Positions 1 through 8,263 of a stretch of DNA of 64,000 nucleotides are shown here, one piece after another (the first letter of the stretch is position 1; every line of letters starts with the position of its first letter). The stretch spans positions 252 to 64,251 of the forward strand of contig JAEEVL010000019.1 of NCBI GenBank assembly GCA_016290875.1, read 5' to 3'. This DNA is from Ruminococcus sp. (GTDB lineage: Bacteria > Bacillota > Clostridia > Oscillospirales > Ruminococcaceae). Below the pieces are notes generated by a model. That model was given only the letters and a program-made list of their open reading frames with translations, ran no database searches and was not told the DNA's origin. The position numbers and the translations under genes are program-made.

Positions 1-194
1 GCAGTGTGGACGGCATCAACGGCAATGTCGATCTCGACATCTGCTACAAGGATTTCCCGACCATCATCAAGGCGAAGGGGCTGAACGGCTACGGCAAGGA
101 ACTGAATCCGCCTGCGCCTGCTGCGGAGGACGGCATCACAGTCGAGGTCACAGTGGACGGTCAGAAGTACAGCGGAAAACTGAATAAGGCTTGA
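1..194 (+). CDS. 3' end of GH25 lysozyme-type endolysin (partial, runs off window start)
   Basis: Frame 3 reads SVDGINGNVDLDICYKDFPTIIKAKGLNGY, the typical C-terminal strand of GH25 muramidases of Firmicute phages; followed by a terminator. Confidence 0.7.
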   Translation, partial: SVDGINGNVDLDICYKDFPTIIKAKGLNGYGKELNPPAPAAEDGITVEVTVDGQKYSGKLNKA

Positions 195-199
195 AATAT

Positions 200-234
200 G
201 GGCTGTCGGAGATTATTTCCGGCAGCCCTTTTTT
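200..234 (+). terminator. Rho-independent terminator after endolysin
   Basis: GGGCTGTCGGA-N7-TCCGGCAGCCC then TTTTTT. Confidence 0.85.
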
Positions 235-336
235 GCGTATAGTGATTGAAAAACTGGTCGGGTTGTGGTATAATTGGGAATGGAAGCAATGTGTGAGATT
301 GCTCGTGTGAATTAAGGCTGATGAGGTGAAAAATAT

Positions 337-708
337 ATGTATAATTCGTGTTTTGGAGAAATGGAGTACGATTACGGCTGGATCACCAAAAGGGATATTC
401 AATTATTCGGTAAAACCTTTGAGGTTGAGGTCAGAATAGTCTCAAACGATAGTGAAGATGGTATTACAGAGGATTCTGAACAATCTTGCATTAGCTATAA
501 AGACAAAGAAACAGAGTATTTACAGTGCATAGAAAAGCTGATGTTGGAATTCAGTGATGATGCAGAAACGAGATTTACTCCCTGTACCCTTTACATTAAA
601 GCTAGCGGAAGTTGTGCTTTACTATGCAGTGATGTAGAAGATGAAGATGGAATAGCGGTATGTATTATTCCTGAGAAATGTGTAAAATATCAATGTGAGT
701 TTCTCTAA
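337..708 (+). CDS. AT-rich acidic hypothetical protein (DUF6985/DUF2004-like), moron-type gene
   Basis: 123-aa ORF, RBS GAGGTG, own promoter TTGAAA-N17-TATAAT (~247-275); N-terminus FGEMEYDYGW resembles DUF6985-like proteins. Confidence 0.6.
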   Translation: MYNSCFGEMEYDYGWITKRDIQLFGKTFEVEVRIVSNDSEDGITEDSEQSCISYKDKETEYLQCIEKLMLEFSDDAETRFTPCTLYIKASGSCALLCSDVEDEDGIAVCIIPEKCVKYQCEFL

Positions 709-753
709 TTATTGAAAAAAGCACAGCGGAAAACTGAATAAGGCATAACACCA

Positions 754-794
754 ACGCCCGTCGGGATTTTTTTCTCGGCGGGCGCATTTTTTTT
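754..794 (+). terminator. Rho-independent terminator
   Basis: CGCCCGTCGGGA...CTCGGCGGGCG followed by T8. Confidence 0.8.
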
Positions 795-870
795 CGTCCA
801 AACGCACTTCGATTCTGTAGTGGGATATGAAGGGGTTGACTTTCCCGGCTATCATTAGGAGGTGAGATTC

Positions 871-1137
871 ATGATAAAGCACAAAATTACCGATAAGGAA
901 AAAGCAATGATGAATGGAGGGATCACTGTGGAAGAGACCAAAGAGCCTGTCGTCCCGGTCGGCGATAAGTATATGCTGACGATCAAAGAGGCATCAAACT
1001 ATTTCAGTATCGGCGAAAAGAAGCTGCGTCGGCTGGCAGAAGAACACACAGGCGATTTCGCTGTTATCAACGGAAACCGCTATTTGATTATTAGAACAAA
1101 ATTCGAGCAGTTTCTCCTCGAAACTTCTACCATCTGA
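871..1137 (+). CDS. xis: Excisionase 1 (Tn916 Xis-like winged helix)
   Basis: KYMLTIKEASNYFSIGEKKLRRL...NGNRYLIIRTKFEQFL matches the Tn916-Xis pattern; AGGAGG RBS before ATG 871. Confidence 0.85.
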   Translation: MIKHKITDKEKAMMNGGITVEETKEPVVPVGDKYMLTIKEASNYFSIGEKKLRRLAEEHTGDFAVINGNRYLIIRTKFEQFLLETSTI

Positions 1138-1237
1138 TTTGACGTTAAAGTGCCGTAAGTAGTTGCTTTTTCGCCGAAATAGAGTAATATATGATACTAA
1201 GCCCGGAGAGGCAAATATATTACTGGAGGCGATCAGC

Positions 1238-1468
1238 ATGGACGAACTGAAAATCCCGGAGAAGTTTATTCTCTCGATCAGGGAGGCTGCTTTATACTTC
1301 GGCATGGGAGAGAAGAAAATCCGCAGAATGGCAGAAGACAATGAAGGCGGCTTTGCACTGTACAACGGTAACCGCTACCTTGTAATCCGCCCGCTGATGG
1401 AGCAGTACTTCACAGCGCTTGCAAAGAAAGGAGGCACACAGGATGCAGAGAGCAACACCGGAGAATAA
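1238..1468 (+). CDS. xis: Excisionase 2 (Tn916 Xis-like)
   Basis: KFILSIREAALYFGMGEKKIRRM...NGNRYLV; GGAGG RBS before ATG 1238 (later than the ORF-track start). Confidence 0.8.
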   Translation: MDELKIPEKFILSIREAALYFGMGEKKIRRMAEDNEGGFALYNGNRYLVIRPLMEQYFTALAKKGGTQDAESNTGE

Positions 1469-1652
1469 GGATTTCCTGACGCCCGAAGAGACGATCGTTC
1501 TTTTCGTCCTGAGCAGACGGAAGTTCGGCGAGTGGCTGCGCAAACAGAACACCCGCCCGATGATCGTGATGGTCGGAAAGCGTAAAATGATCAACCGCAC
1601 AGCCTTTCAGGAGTATCTGTGCGAACACCCTGAATTAAGGAGGAAAATTTAA
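1443..1652 (+). CDS. Excisionase-like HTH protein 3
   Basis: KDFLTPEETIVLFVLSRRKF...GKRKMINRTAFQEYL; AAGGAGG RBS; stop overlaps integrase start. Confidence 0.7.
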   Translation: MQRATPENKDFLTPEETIVLFVLSRRKFGEWLRKQNTRPMIVMVGKRKMINRTAFQEYLCEHPELRRKI

Positions 1653-2899
1653 TGGGTATCAGAGGAAACATCCGCCGCGATCCCAAGCGCCGTATTCTTC
1701 GCGCCGGGGAATCCATCAGGGCGGACGGCAAGTATCAGTTCAAGTATTATGTGGACGGAAAGCCGCACTTCGTTTATAGCTGGAAGCTGGAACCGACAGA
1801 CACACTTCCGCAGGGAAAGAAACCGTGCCTTTCCCTGCGTGAGATGGAGAAGCAGATCGGCTATGACCTTGATGCGATGCTCGATCCGCAGAAGAAAAAC
1901 ATGACGGTGATGGAGCTTGTGGAGCGCTACCTGAGAACCAGAACTGCCGTAAAGCCGCAGACGAAAACGAATTATAACTTCGTGGTGAACCTTCTGAAAA
2001 AGGAGGAGTTCAGCGGCAGAAAGATCGGAACCATCAAGACTTCGGATGCAAAGCTGTTCCTGATCAAGATGCAGAGCGACGGCAGGGGCTACAGTTCCGT
2101 CAAGACCGTGCGCGGCGTTCTGCGTCCGGCATTTCAGATGGCAGTCGATGATGACATTCTCGTCAAGAACCCCTTCGGCTTCCAGCTTGCCGGTGTGGTC
2201 GTCAACGACAGCAAGACCAGAGAGGCTATTACGAAAGAGCAGATGCGCAAGTTCCTGAAATTCGTACATGACGATAACACCTACTGCAGATACTACGAAG
2301 CGGTATTCATTCTGTTCCATACCGGGATGCGCATTTCAGAATTTTGCGGTCTGACGCTGAAAGACATTGACCTGCAGAACCGTATCGTCAATATCGACCA
2401 TCAGCTTCAGCGCACTTCCGACATGGAGTATGTGATTCAGACCACCAAGACGAATGCCGGTAAGCGGCAGATTCCGATTACCGAGGAGGTTGCCCGGTGC
2501 TTTCAGGCGATCATCGAGGACAGAGAGAAGCCGCGACGGGAACCGTTCGTGGACGGATACTGCGGCTTCCTGTACTTCGACGAGAACGGTATGCCGCTGG
2601 TCGCGCTGCACTGGGAACACCGCTTCAACCGCATGGTCAGCAAGTATAATGAGATTTACCGGGTGCAGATGCCGAACATCACGCCTCACATCTGCCGCCA
2701 TACCTATTGCAGCAATCAGGCGAAGGCAGGTATGAACCCGAAAACGCTGCAATACCTGATGGGACACAGCGAAATCGGCGTCACGCTTGACGTTTATACG
2801 CATCTGGGACTGGAGGATGCTGCTGCGGAGCTTCACCGCATGGAGGAAGTCCAGAACGCCCGTCAGGAGATGAACAGAACAAAGGATGAAGCAGTATGA
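1652..2899 (+). CDS. int: Tn916-family tyrosine integrase
   Basis: N-terminal RRDPKRRILRAGESIRADGKYQFKY (Tn916 Int arm-binding domain pattern); catalytic R (TGMRISE), HxxR (HICRH), LMGH, Y (VYTH). Confidence 0.93.
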   Translation: MGIRGNIRRDPKRRILRAGESIRADGKYQFKYYVDGKPHFVYSWKLEPTDTLPQGKKPCLSLREMEKQIGYDLDAMLDPQKKNMTVMELVERYLRTRTAVKPQTKTNYNFVVNLLKKEEFSGRKIGTIKTSDAKLFLIKMQSDGRGYSSVKTVRGVLRPAFQMAVDDDILVKNPFGFQLAGVVVNDSKTREAITKEQMRKFLKFVHDDNTYCRYYEAVFILFHTGMRISEFCGLTLKDIDLQNRIVNIDHQLQRTSDMEYVIQTTKTNAGKRQIPITEEVARCFQAIIEDREKPRREPFVDGYCGFLYFDENGMPLVALHWEHRFNRMVSKYNEIYRVQMPNITPHICRHTYCSNQAKAGMNPKTLQYLMGHSEIGVTLDVYTHLGLEDAAAELHRMEEVQNARQEMNRTKDEAV

Positions 2900-2913
2900 T
2901 CTGCTTCCGGCTG

Positions 2914-2952
2914 CGGCTCACTTCGGTGAGCCGTTATTTTTTGCCTTTTTTG
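2914..2952 (+). terminator. Terminator after integrase
   Basis: CGGCTCAC-TTCG-GTGAGCCG + T-rich tail; near-identical hairpin at 8224-8247. Confidence 0.85.
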
Positions 2953-2954
2953 AC

Positions 2955-2983
2955 TTGATGAATTGGAAGGATTATGGTATAAT
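2955..2983 (+). promoter_or_regulatory. Sigma-A promoter at right end of unit 1
   Basis: TTGATG-N17-TATAAT with extended -10 TG; equivalents at 5675-5703 and 8264-8292. Confidence 0.75.
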
Positions 2984-3052
2984 GGAGTGGTAGGAAATCA
3001 GATAGAAGTGATATGATAGTTTCATTATTTTCAGCATGGAGAGAGTTGAGTT

Positions 3053-3565
3053 ATGTATACAGAAGTAAAAATCGAAAGTTCACTTGTGCTGCCATACAAA
3101 TTGATCGACTTTCAACAAGGTGACGAACAGTTTGTTTTTGCATTCAAATGCTTCGATGAAAAACAGACCGATTATTCAATACAACACGGTGGAGTAACAG
3201 GATCATTTGCGATTGAATACAGATGCTGTGGAATTGATAGCCATTTTGAACTTGATGTTACTGTAGGCAATGTGTATGAGTTTTATGAATCGCTGAAGAA
3301 CGCCTACAATACACAGCTTTGCAAAGACTGTAATGCAGCATTGCGAAATTATGGTTCATTAGACAGAACCTATATTTTAATGAGTTTTGATAAAATAGGA
3401 CATTGTCTGATGAAAGGCTTATTTCTGAATGGAGATCATCAATATAAAAGCGGTATTTCTTTTGAGATTGAAATTGATCAGACATTTATTCCTGAAATAC
3501 TATCATCACTAAAATGCTTTTTTGAAGAATTGAAAAGAATACAAGGTCATGACACCTTTTATTAA
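3053..3565 (+). CDS. AT-rich hypothetical protein, WapI-like immunity protein candidate
   Basis: 170 aa; C-terminal FDKIGH...ISFEIEIDQTFIPEIL pattern recalls the WapI family; no search run. Confidence 0.45.
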   Translation: MYTEVKIESSLVLPYKLIDFQQGDEQFVFAFKCFDEKQTDYSIQHGGVTGSFAIEYRCCGIDSHFELDVTVGNVYEFYESLKNAYNTQLCKDCNAALRNYGSLDRTYILMSFDKIGHCLMKGLFLNGDHQYKSGISFEIEIDQTFIPEILSSLKCFFEELKRIQGHDTFY

Positions 3566-3579
3566 TTTCAAAGCCCAAA

Positions 3580-4066
3580 TTCCTTAGTAGTAAAACACCC
3601 CGTGTTTACTACCATTTTTACTACTAACGATGTCCTTAGAATGCTAAGATTTGCCGCAATTTGCCGAGTTAGCCTCGAATTTTGACAGAATCAATACACC
3701 TGTTCGTCAAAGTATACAAAGGCAAATCGCGGCAAAACACGGCAAAATACGGAGGTTTATACCTATGATAAAGGTTATGTTTGTCTGCCACGGCACGCTA
3801 GATTAACATATTTCATATCATAAGCAAAACGCAGTAAAACAAGGAAAATCGTTGCAATGTATGTAGTCGTTTACTACCATTTTACTACTAACGATTTACA
3901 GTATTCGTAAAATCTACTCCAATCGAGCCCCTAACAGCACCGCAAATCGTGGCATATTGCAGCAAATGTCGGCATTTCATTCTGCACATACAGCATAGTA
4001 TGTGCAGAATTATGTTCACTTTAGTTTTGGCATCTTAACATACCGCTATGGATAGTGACAAAAATC
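3580..4066 (+). repeat. att junction A (attP-like: right arm of unit 1 + core + left arm of cassette 2)
   Basis: TTCCTTAGTAGTAA..TTACTACC..TTACTACTAACGA (3580-3630), CGGCA repeats, GGAGG RBS, ATG 3765 MIKVMFVCHG, core ATGTTTGTCTGCCACGGCA ends 3795, then TTACTACCATTTTACTACTAACGA (3871-3894) and conserved block 4012-4066. Confidence 0.88.
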
Positions 4067-4113
4067 AGCACCATTTTTCAAGCGAAATATACAATATATT
4101 CTGTTTTGAAAAC

Positions 4114-4160
4114 AAAAAAATCCCCCTTAACTTCACGGTGTCATCCGCTGTCAAGGGGGA
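4114..4160 (-). terminator. Probable terminator of the Panacea-GNAT operon
   Basis: TCCCCCTT...AAGGGGGA stem with A7 on its left (U-run on minus strand); loop is long. Confidence 0.5.
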
Positions 4161-4168
4161 AATTGCAA

Positions 4169-5074
4169 TTATACATCGTCTTCTGTTGGTTCGCTTAGAT
4201 ATAGTTGTTTAAACTGTTCTGCCTTCTGAACCAAAGTTTTTATTTCTTGGCATAAAAAGACACATCGCCAATCATAATATGGCTTTACTGCACATAGATC
4301 AGGATCCCTTTCAAAATACAGAGCATGCTTATAGTATTGTATAAGATTTCTTTTTTCATCGGTTTTTTCTTCTGATACATCCGCAGCAAATATTGCAACA
4401 TATACGCACCCGATTAATTCACTAACACTTTTGATTATTGGCATTATTTTATACCAAAAAAGAGTTGCACCTAATGCAGGCTTAAAACCTATTTCACACC
4501 ACTTTTTTTCAGCATTGTGGTTCTTACAGAAATTCACAAGTTCTATGCTCGGAATAATACGATCTACGTATATATTGTTTTGCATATCTAGTTGTTTACA
4601 TGATATTATTTTGGCTATCATGTCAATTAATGACATAGTTTCCTCGTCGCTTAAGCTGTCGTATTTTTCTAATCCAGGAAACATCTGCATTTCAGCTTTA
4701 AAAATATCGATATCCGGACGATCTTTATAACCGGTTACATCCGATTCTTTTGCATAATGATACGCACATTTTAGCTGACTAAGGTCTTCTGGAGAAGCTT
4801 TCTGTAATGAAACAACAAGACTTGCTTGCAATGAAAAGAACAAAAAGACATCAGAATCATCATGCACAACATAAAACAAATCATGTGGTTTGGGAGTCTT
4901 TGTATCTGATTGTAAGTATTCTTTAAGCCTATCAAGCATATCTGATGATACACTATAATAACGATTGTCCGGGTCTCCACAATTAAATTTTTCTAATAAG
5001 CTTAGAATACTATTATCGCCAGGGATAACTCGTGTACAATGCAAACCATTTACATACTCTTCTAAACTCAGCAA
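4169..5074 (-). CDS. GNAT-like acetyltransferase, putative toxin
   Basis: IPSIELVNFCKN...LGATLFW..IMPII..VSELIGCVYVAIFAAD...LIQYY..LYF follows the AtaT/TacT-type GNAT pattern; TTG start directly after antitoxin stop. Confidence 0.55.
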   Translation of the reverse strand: MLSLEEYVNGLHCTRVIPGDNSILSLLEKFNCGDPDNRYYSVSSDMLDRLKEYLQSDTKTPKPHDLFYVVHDDSDVFLFFSLQASLVVSLQKASPEDLSQLKCAYHYAKESDVTGYKDRPDIDIFKAEMQMFPGLEKYDSLSDEETMSLIDMIAKIISCKQLDMQNNIYVDRIIPSIELVNFCKNHNAEKKWCEIGFKPALGATLFWYKIMPIIKSVSELIGCVYVAIFAADVSEEKTDEKRNLIQYYKHALYFERDPDLCAVKPYYDWRCVFLCQEIKTLVQKAEQFKQLYLSEPTEDDV

Positions 5075-5075
5075 C

Positions 5076-5516
5076 TTAATTACCTCTTGCTGCTTTTACT
5101 CTTTCAGCATCTAAATAGATATCCTTAGTTGAAATTCGATTGTCACCATTTACACCTTCTGGAATACCAGCACGAGCACGTTTCCATGATTCTTCTCCAT
5201 GAGAAATCATACTTAAACTCCAAGATAAAATGTGTGAATATTCAGCAAAAACCTTATCCATTATGGACGCTAAGCTGTCATTTCGATAATTTTTGTTAAA
5301 ATCATCATTTTTATAGTGGACTCTTATTTCACGTAAAACAGGTCCATACTTCCACGCCTCAAACTCTTCAGCAAATAATGGATTCCCGGTTTGAATGATT
5401 GATTCACGTTGTGCGAAGTATAATAATTTGTGTAACTTCATTTCATCTATACGCTTATTATTCTCAGCCATATATCTGTTGCAGATATAAGAAGCAATAT
5501 CATAAACTTTATACAT
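5076..5516 (-). CDS. Panacea domain (DUF4065/SocA/GepA) antitoxin
   Basis: VYDIASYI...MKLHKLLYFAQ...PLFAEEFEAWKYGPV...LSMISHGEESW; AAAGGAG RBS before ATG 5516. Confidence 0.88.
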   Translation of the reverse strand: MYKVYDIASYICNRYMAENNKRIDEMKLHKLLYFAQRESIIQTGNPLFAEEFEAWKYGPVLREIRVHYKNDDFNKNYRNDSLASIMDKVFAEYSHILSWSLSMISHGEESWKRARAGIPEGVNGDNRISTKDIYLDAERVKAARGN

Positions 5517-5674
5517 CACACTCACTCCTTTCGTATAATACGCCTTCATACTCTATTACTACCCCATCTTAAGATTATTATACTCAATAATTCTCAAAAA
5601 GTCAATAGGGAATTGCTGCTTTGAGTATTTTATATGAAACGTAACCATCTTATGATATCATAGGTATTTCCATC

Positions 5675-5703
5675 TTGAAGAAAAAAGGATAATATGGTAT
5701 AAT
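5675..5703 (+). promoter_or_regulatory. Sigma-A promoter at right end of cassette 2
   Basis: TTGAAG-N17-TATAAT, extended -10. Confidence 0.75.
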
Positions 5704-5732
5704 AGAATAGCAAAATCCCCTAAAAGTAGTAT

Positions 5733-6398
5733 TAGTAGTAACCTCTTTACTACTACAGAAAAATATCTGGAAGCAAAATCAAGGATTTCACATTGTAGGT
5801 CATACTTTAAAAACCTCATAGAATCGAGAAAAAGATCGTCTGCAAGTAAACGCATTAATGCTCAAAAACAAAAGTGTAACTTACTACTAAAGAACATTCA
5901 GCGTATGTCGTAATTTCCTTAGTAGTAATTTTCCCCGATTTTACTACCATTTCTACTACTAACGATGTCCTTAGAATGCTAAGATTTGCCGCAATTTGCC
6001 GAGTTCACCGTGATTTTTGACAGAATCAATACACCCGTTCGTCAAAGTATACAAAGGCAAATCGCGGCAAAACACGGCAAATCACGGAGGTTTAAGCCCA
6101 TGATAAGAGTTATGTTTGTCTGCCACGGCACTCTGGCGAATATTTTTCCGATCCTATGATTTTAGCGGCATATTGCGGCAAATCGTTGCTTTGTAAAGAA
6201 TACATTACTACTGTTTTACTACTAACGAATCACATTATTATTTTTGCCAATAAAAAGCGGCTCTTTTTAACGGCGCAAATTACGGCATATTGCGGCATAT
6301 GCTTGTTTTTCATTCGGCGCATTAAACCTGCACTGTGAAAAATAATGTTCACTTTAGTTTTGGCATCTTAACACCTACTATGGATAGTGACAAAAATC
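5733..6398 (+). repeat. att junction B (right arm of cassette 2 + core + left arm of cassette 3)
   Basis: Arm motifs at 5733-5755, 5881-5890, 5915-5965; RBS + ATG 6100 MIRVMFVCHG; core ends 6130; arm pair 6205-6228; conserved block 6345-6398. Confidence 0.9.
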
Positions 6399-6491
6399 GA
6401 CATTGTTTTTTGAGCAAAGCAAACAATAATCGCTGTGATGCTTTTATGAAAGTATTAGTATACCGATACTACTGAAAAACGTAAAAAGGTA

Positions 6492-6520
6492 TTGAAAACA
6501 GGATGGAAGTATGGTATAAT
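6492..6520 (+). promoter_or_regulatory. darTG promoter
   Basis: TTGAAA-N17-TATAAT with extended -10. Confidence 0.7.
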
Positions 6521-6555
6521 ATAAAAAGCGGATTATTGCTTTGTGAGGTGACAAT

Positions 6556-7158
6556 ATGAACATTAGAGATGGAAAGTTGATTTACCACTTAGTTCCACTT
6601 GATTCATTGGAATCAATAATTGAGCACGGGCTTATGTCAAGGGATGACTTAGCCGAAAATGGTCTTAGTTTTATTGATACTGCAGATCAAGAGATATTAC
6701 AGAAAAGAGAAAGGCTCGGATTATCTCAATATATACCATTTCATTTTCATATTCATACAGCTTATGATACCGCAGTAAAAAATACAAATCATGATAAAAT
6801 ATTTGTATACATATGTTTACATCGTGATTATGCCAAAAGAAGAGGATTTAAAATTCTGCCCATTCATCCAGCTTCTAATGAACAGCCCCAATTGTTTGAT
6901 TATGAAGAAGGCTTTGCCGCTATTGATTGGGATACAATGGAACTAACGAAAAGTGAAGTGGAAGAACGAGATGAGGATTTAAGGTATCATCAGCAGGTTC
7001 GAATGGCTGAGTGCTTATCACCATTTCCTATTCCTGTTGAGTGCTTTCTATCCATCAATGTTCCAAACGAACAAGTAAAGAGAACTGTTATCGAATTATT
7101 AGATACACATAATATCGTAGACAGACCTCATGTGAATATTATGAACTGGTTTGTTTAA
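6556..7158 (+). CDS. darT: DarT DNA ADP-ribosyltransferase toxin (DUF4433)
   Basis: IYHLVPLDSLESIIEHGLMSR...YIPFHF...RMAECL (putative catalytic Glu); upstream of a macrodomain gene. Confidence 0.88.
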   Translation: MNIRDGKLIYHLVPLDSLESIIEHGLMSRDDLAENGLSFIDTADQEILQKRERLGLSQYIPFHFHIHTAYDTAVKNTNHDKIFVYICLHRDYAKRRGFKILPIHPASNEQPQLFDYEEGFAAIDWDTMELTKSEVEERDEDLRYHQQVRMAECLSPFPIPVECFLSINVPNEQVKRTVIELLDTHNIVDRPHVNIMNWFV

Positions 7159-7180
7159 TCTTAAAGAAAGGAGGAAAATC

Positions 7181-8218
7181 ATGATTAACTTTGTAGTTGG
7201 TAATCTATTGGAATCTAATGCTTTCGCACTTGTTAATACTGTCAACTGCGAAGGATACATGGGGAAGGGCATCGCATACCAGTTTAAAATGCGCTTTCCA
7301 GAAATGAACGCTGAATATGTAAAACAGTGTATGTCGCATAAACTAAGACCGGGAAAACTTCACACCTATGCAGAAGGTTCAAAGTTAATCGTGAATTTCC
7401 CGACTAAAGACAAATGGCGAGAAAAATCCAAAATGGAATACATTACTTCTGGATTAGATGAACTGGTTAAATTAATCAAAGAGAAACAGATTCCGTCAAT
7501 TGCTATTCCGCCACTTGGGAGTGGTAACGGCGGACTCATCTGGAGTGAAGTAAAGCAGATCATTATTCAAAAACTTGGTTGCCTTGATGACACTGTTGAC
7601 ATATATATTTATGAACCTTCCAGAAATTACCAAGCACTGCCAGCGGTTGAACCAAAACTGTCTTTATCTGCACTAATTCTAATGCAACTAAAATTCCATC
7701 TTTTATATGATGATGTGCATTTTGGGGCTATTGGATTACAGAAGACTGCTTATTTTATGAATGTATTATCTCATACAGATTATTTTCGATTTAAAAAAGG
7801 TAAATATGGTCCGTTTGATCATGATATTGATGTGATAGCCAAGAAGATTGGTGAGTTTCAGAAATTTCATAAGGCAACTACCAATGAAGCATATGAAATA
7901 CTACTGCAAAAATTGATCAGTGAAAAAACTCTTCAACAACTGGAATTCTATGCTCCTTTTATAAATAAAGCGGCTGAGTTTACAAATCATTTTTCGGATA
8001 GTGCCTCTATCGAAGGTGCTGGTACTGCTCTATTCATCATTCAGCAGGCTCACTGTGCTACAACGGAAGAAGTAATCGCTGGATTCAAACAGTGGTCTGA
8101 AGATAAGGCAAAACGTTTTTCAGAAGATGCAATAAAATCTGCTATAAACGAATTAGAGCAAGCAGGCTTTATTCAAGAAACGTTTTGTGGATTCCAAATT
8201 GCAAATGGACAATCATAA
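7181..8218 (+). CDS. darG: DarG macrodomain antitoxin
   Basis: GNLLES..ALVNTVNCEGYMGKGIAYQFK..FP...IVNFPTK..WR...AIPPLGSGNGGL; AAGGAGG RBS; DarG-type C-terminal domain. Confidence 0.92.
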   Translation: MINFVVGNLLESNAFALVNTVNCEGYMGKGIAYQFKMRFPEMNAEYVKQCMSHKLRPGKLHTYAEGSKLIVNFPTKDKWREKSKMEYITSGLDELVKLIKEKQIPSIAIPPLGSGNGGLIWSEVKQIIIQKLGCLDDTVDIYIYEPSRNYQALPAVEPKLSLSALILMQLKFHLLYDDVHFGAIGLQKTAYFMNVLSHTDYFRFKKGKYGPFDHDIDVIAKKIGEFQKFHKATTNEAYEILLQKLISEKTLQQLEFYAPFINKAAEFTNHFSDSASIEGAGTALFIIQQAHCATTEEVIAGFKQWSEDKAKRFSEDAIKSAINELEQAGFIQETFCGFQIANGQS

Positions 8219-8223
8219 TATAG

Positions 8224-8260
8224 AGTGGTTCACTTCGGTGAGCCACTTTTCGCTTTTTTC
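8224..8260 (+). terminator. Terminator after darG
   Basis: AGTGGTTCAC-TTCG-GTGAGCCACT + T-rich tail. Confidence 0.85.
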
Positions 8261-8263
8261 ATC

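Larger units (their letters stand above)
169..744 (+). repeat. 22-bp perfect direct repeat ACAGCGGAAAACTGAATAAGGC at 169-190 and 723-744 (endolysin 3' end duplicated)
   Basis: Direct read: both copies identical, each followed by a stop in the same codon phase (GCT TGA / GCA TAA) and a GC-rich hairpin+T-run. Confidence 0.9.
1..3795. mobile_element. Right end of integrative element (probable prophage) with xis-xis-xis-int module
   Basis: Endolysin end, three Xis, Tn916-type Int, terminal att arm 3580-3795; left end outside window. Confidence 0.75.
3796..6130. mobile_element. Integrase-less cassette 2 (2335 bp): Panacea antitoxin + GNAT-like toxin
   Basis: Bounded by two copies of the att core with full left and right arms; only two substantial ORFs. 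Confidence 0.8.

Noticed and set aside
1649-2836. Long antisense ORFs (223 and 166 aa) over int
   Set aside because: Shadow frames of a GC-rich coding sequence; no recognisable motifs
4114-4160. Tn916/ICEBs1-type oriT (CCCCC...GGGGG stem)
   Set aside because: Lacks the CTAAC nic-loop context as I recall it; position after a convergent gene with a U-run fits a terminator better
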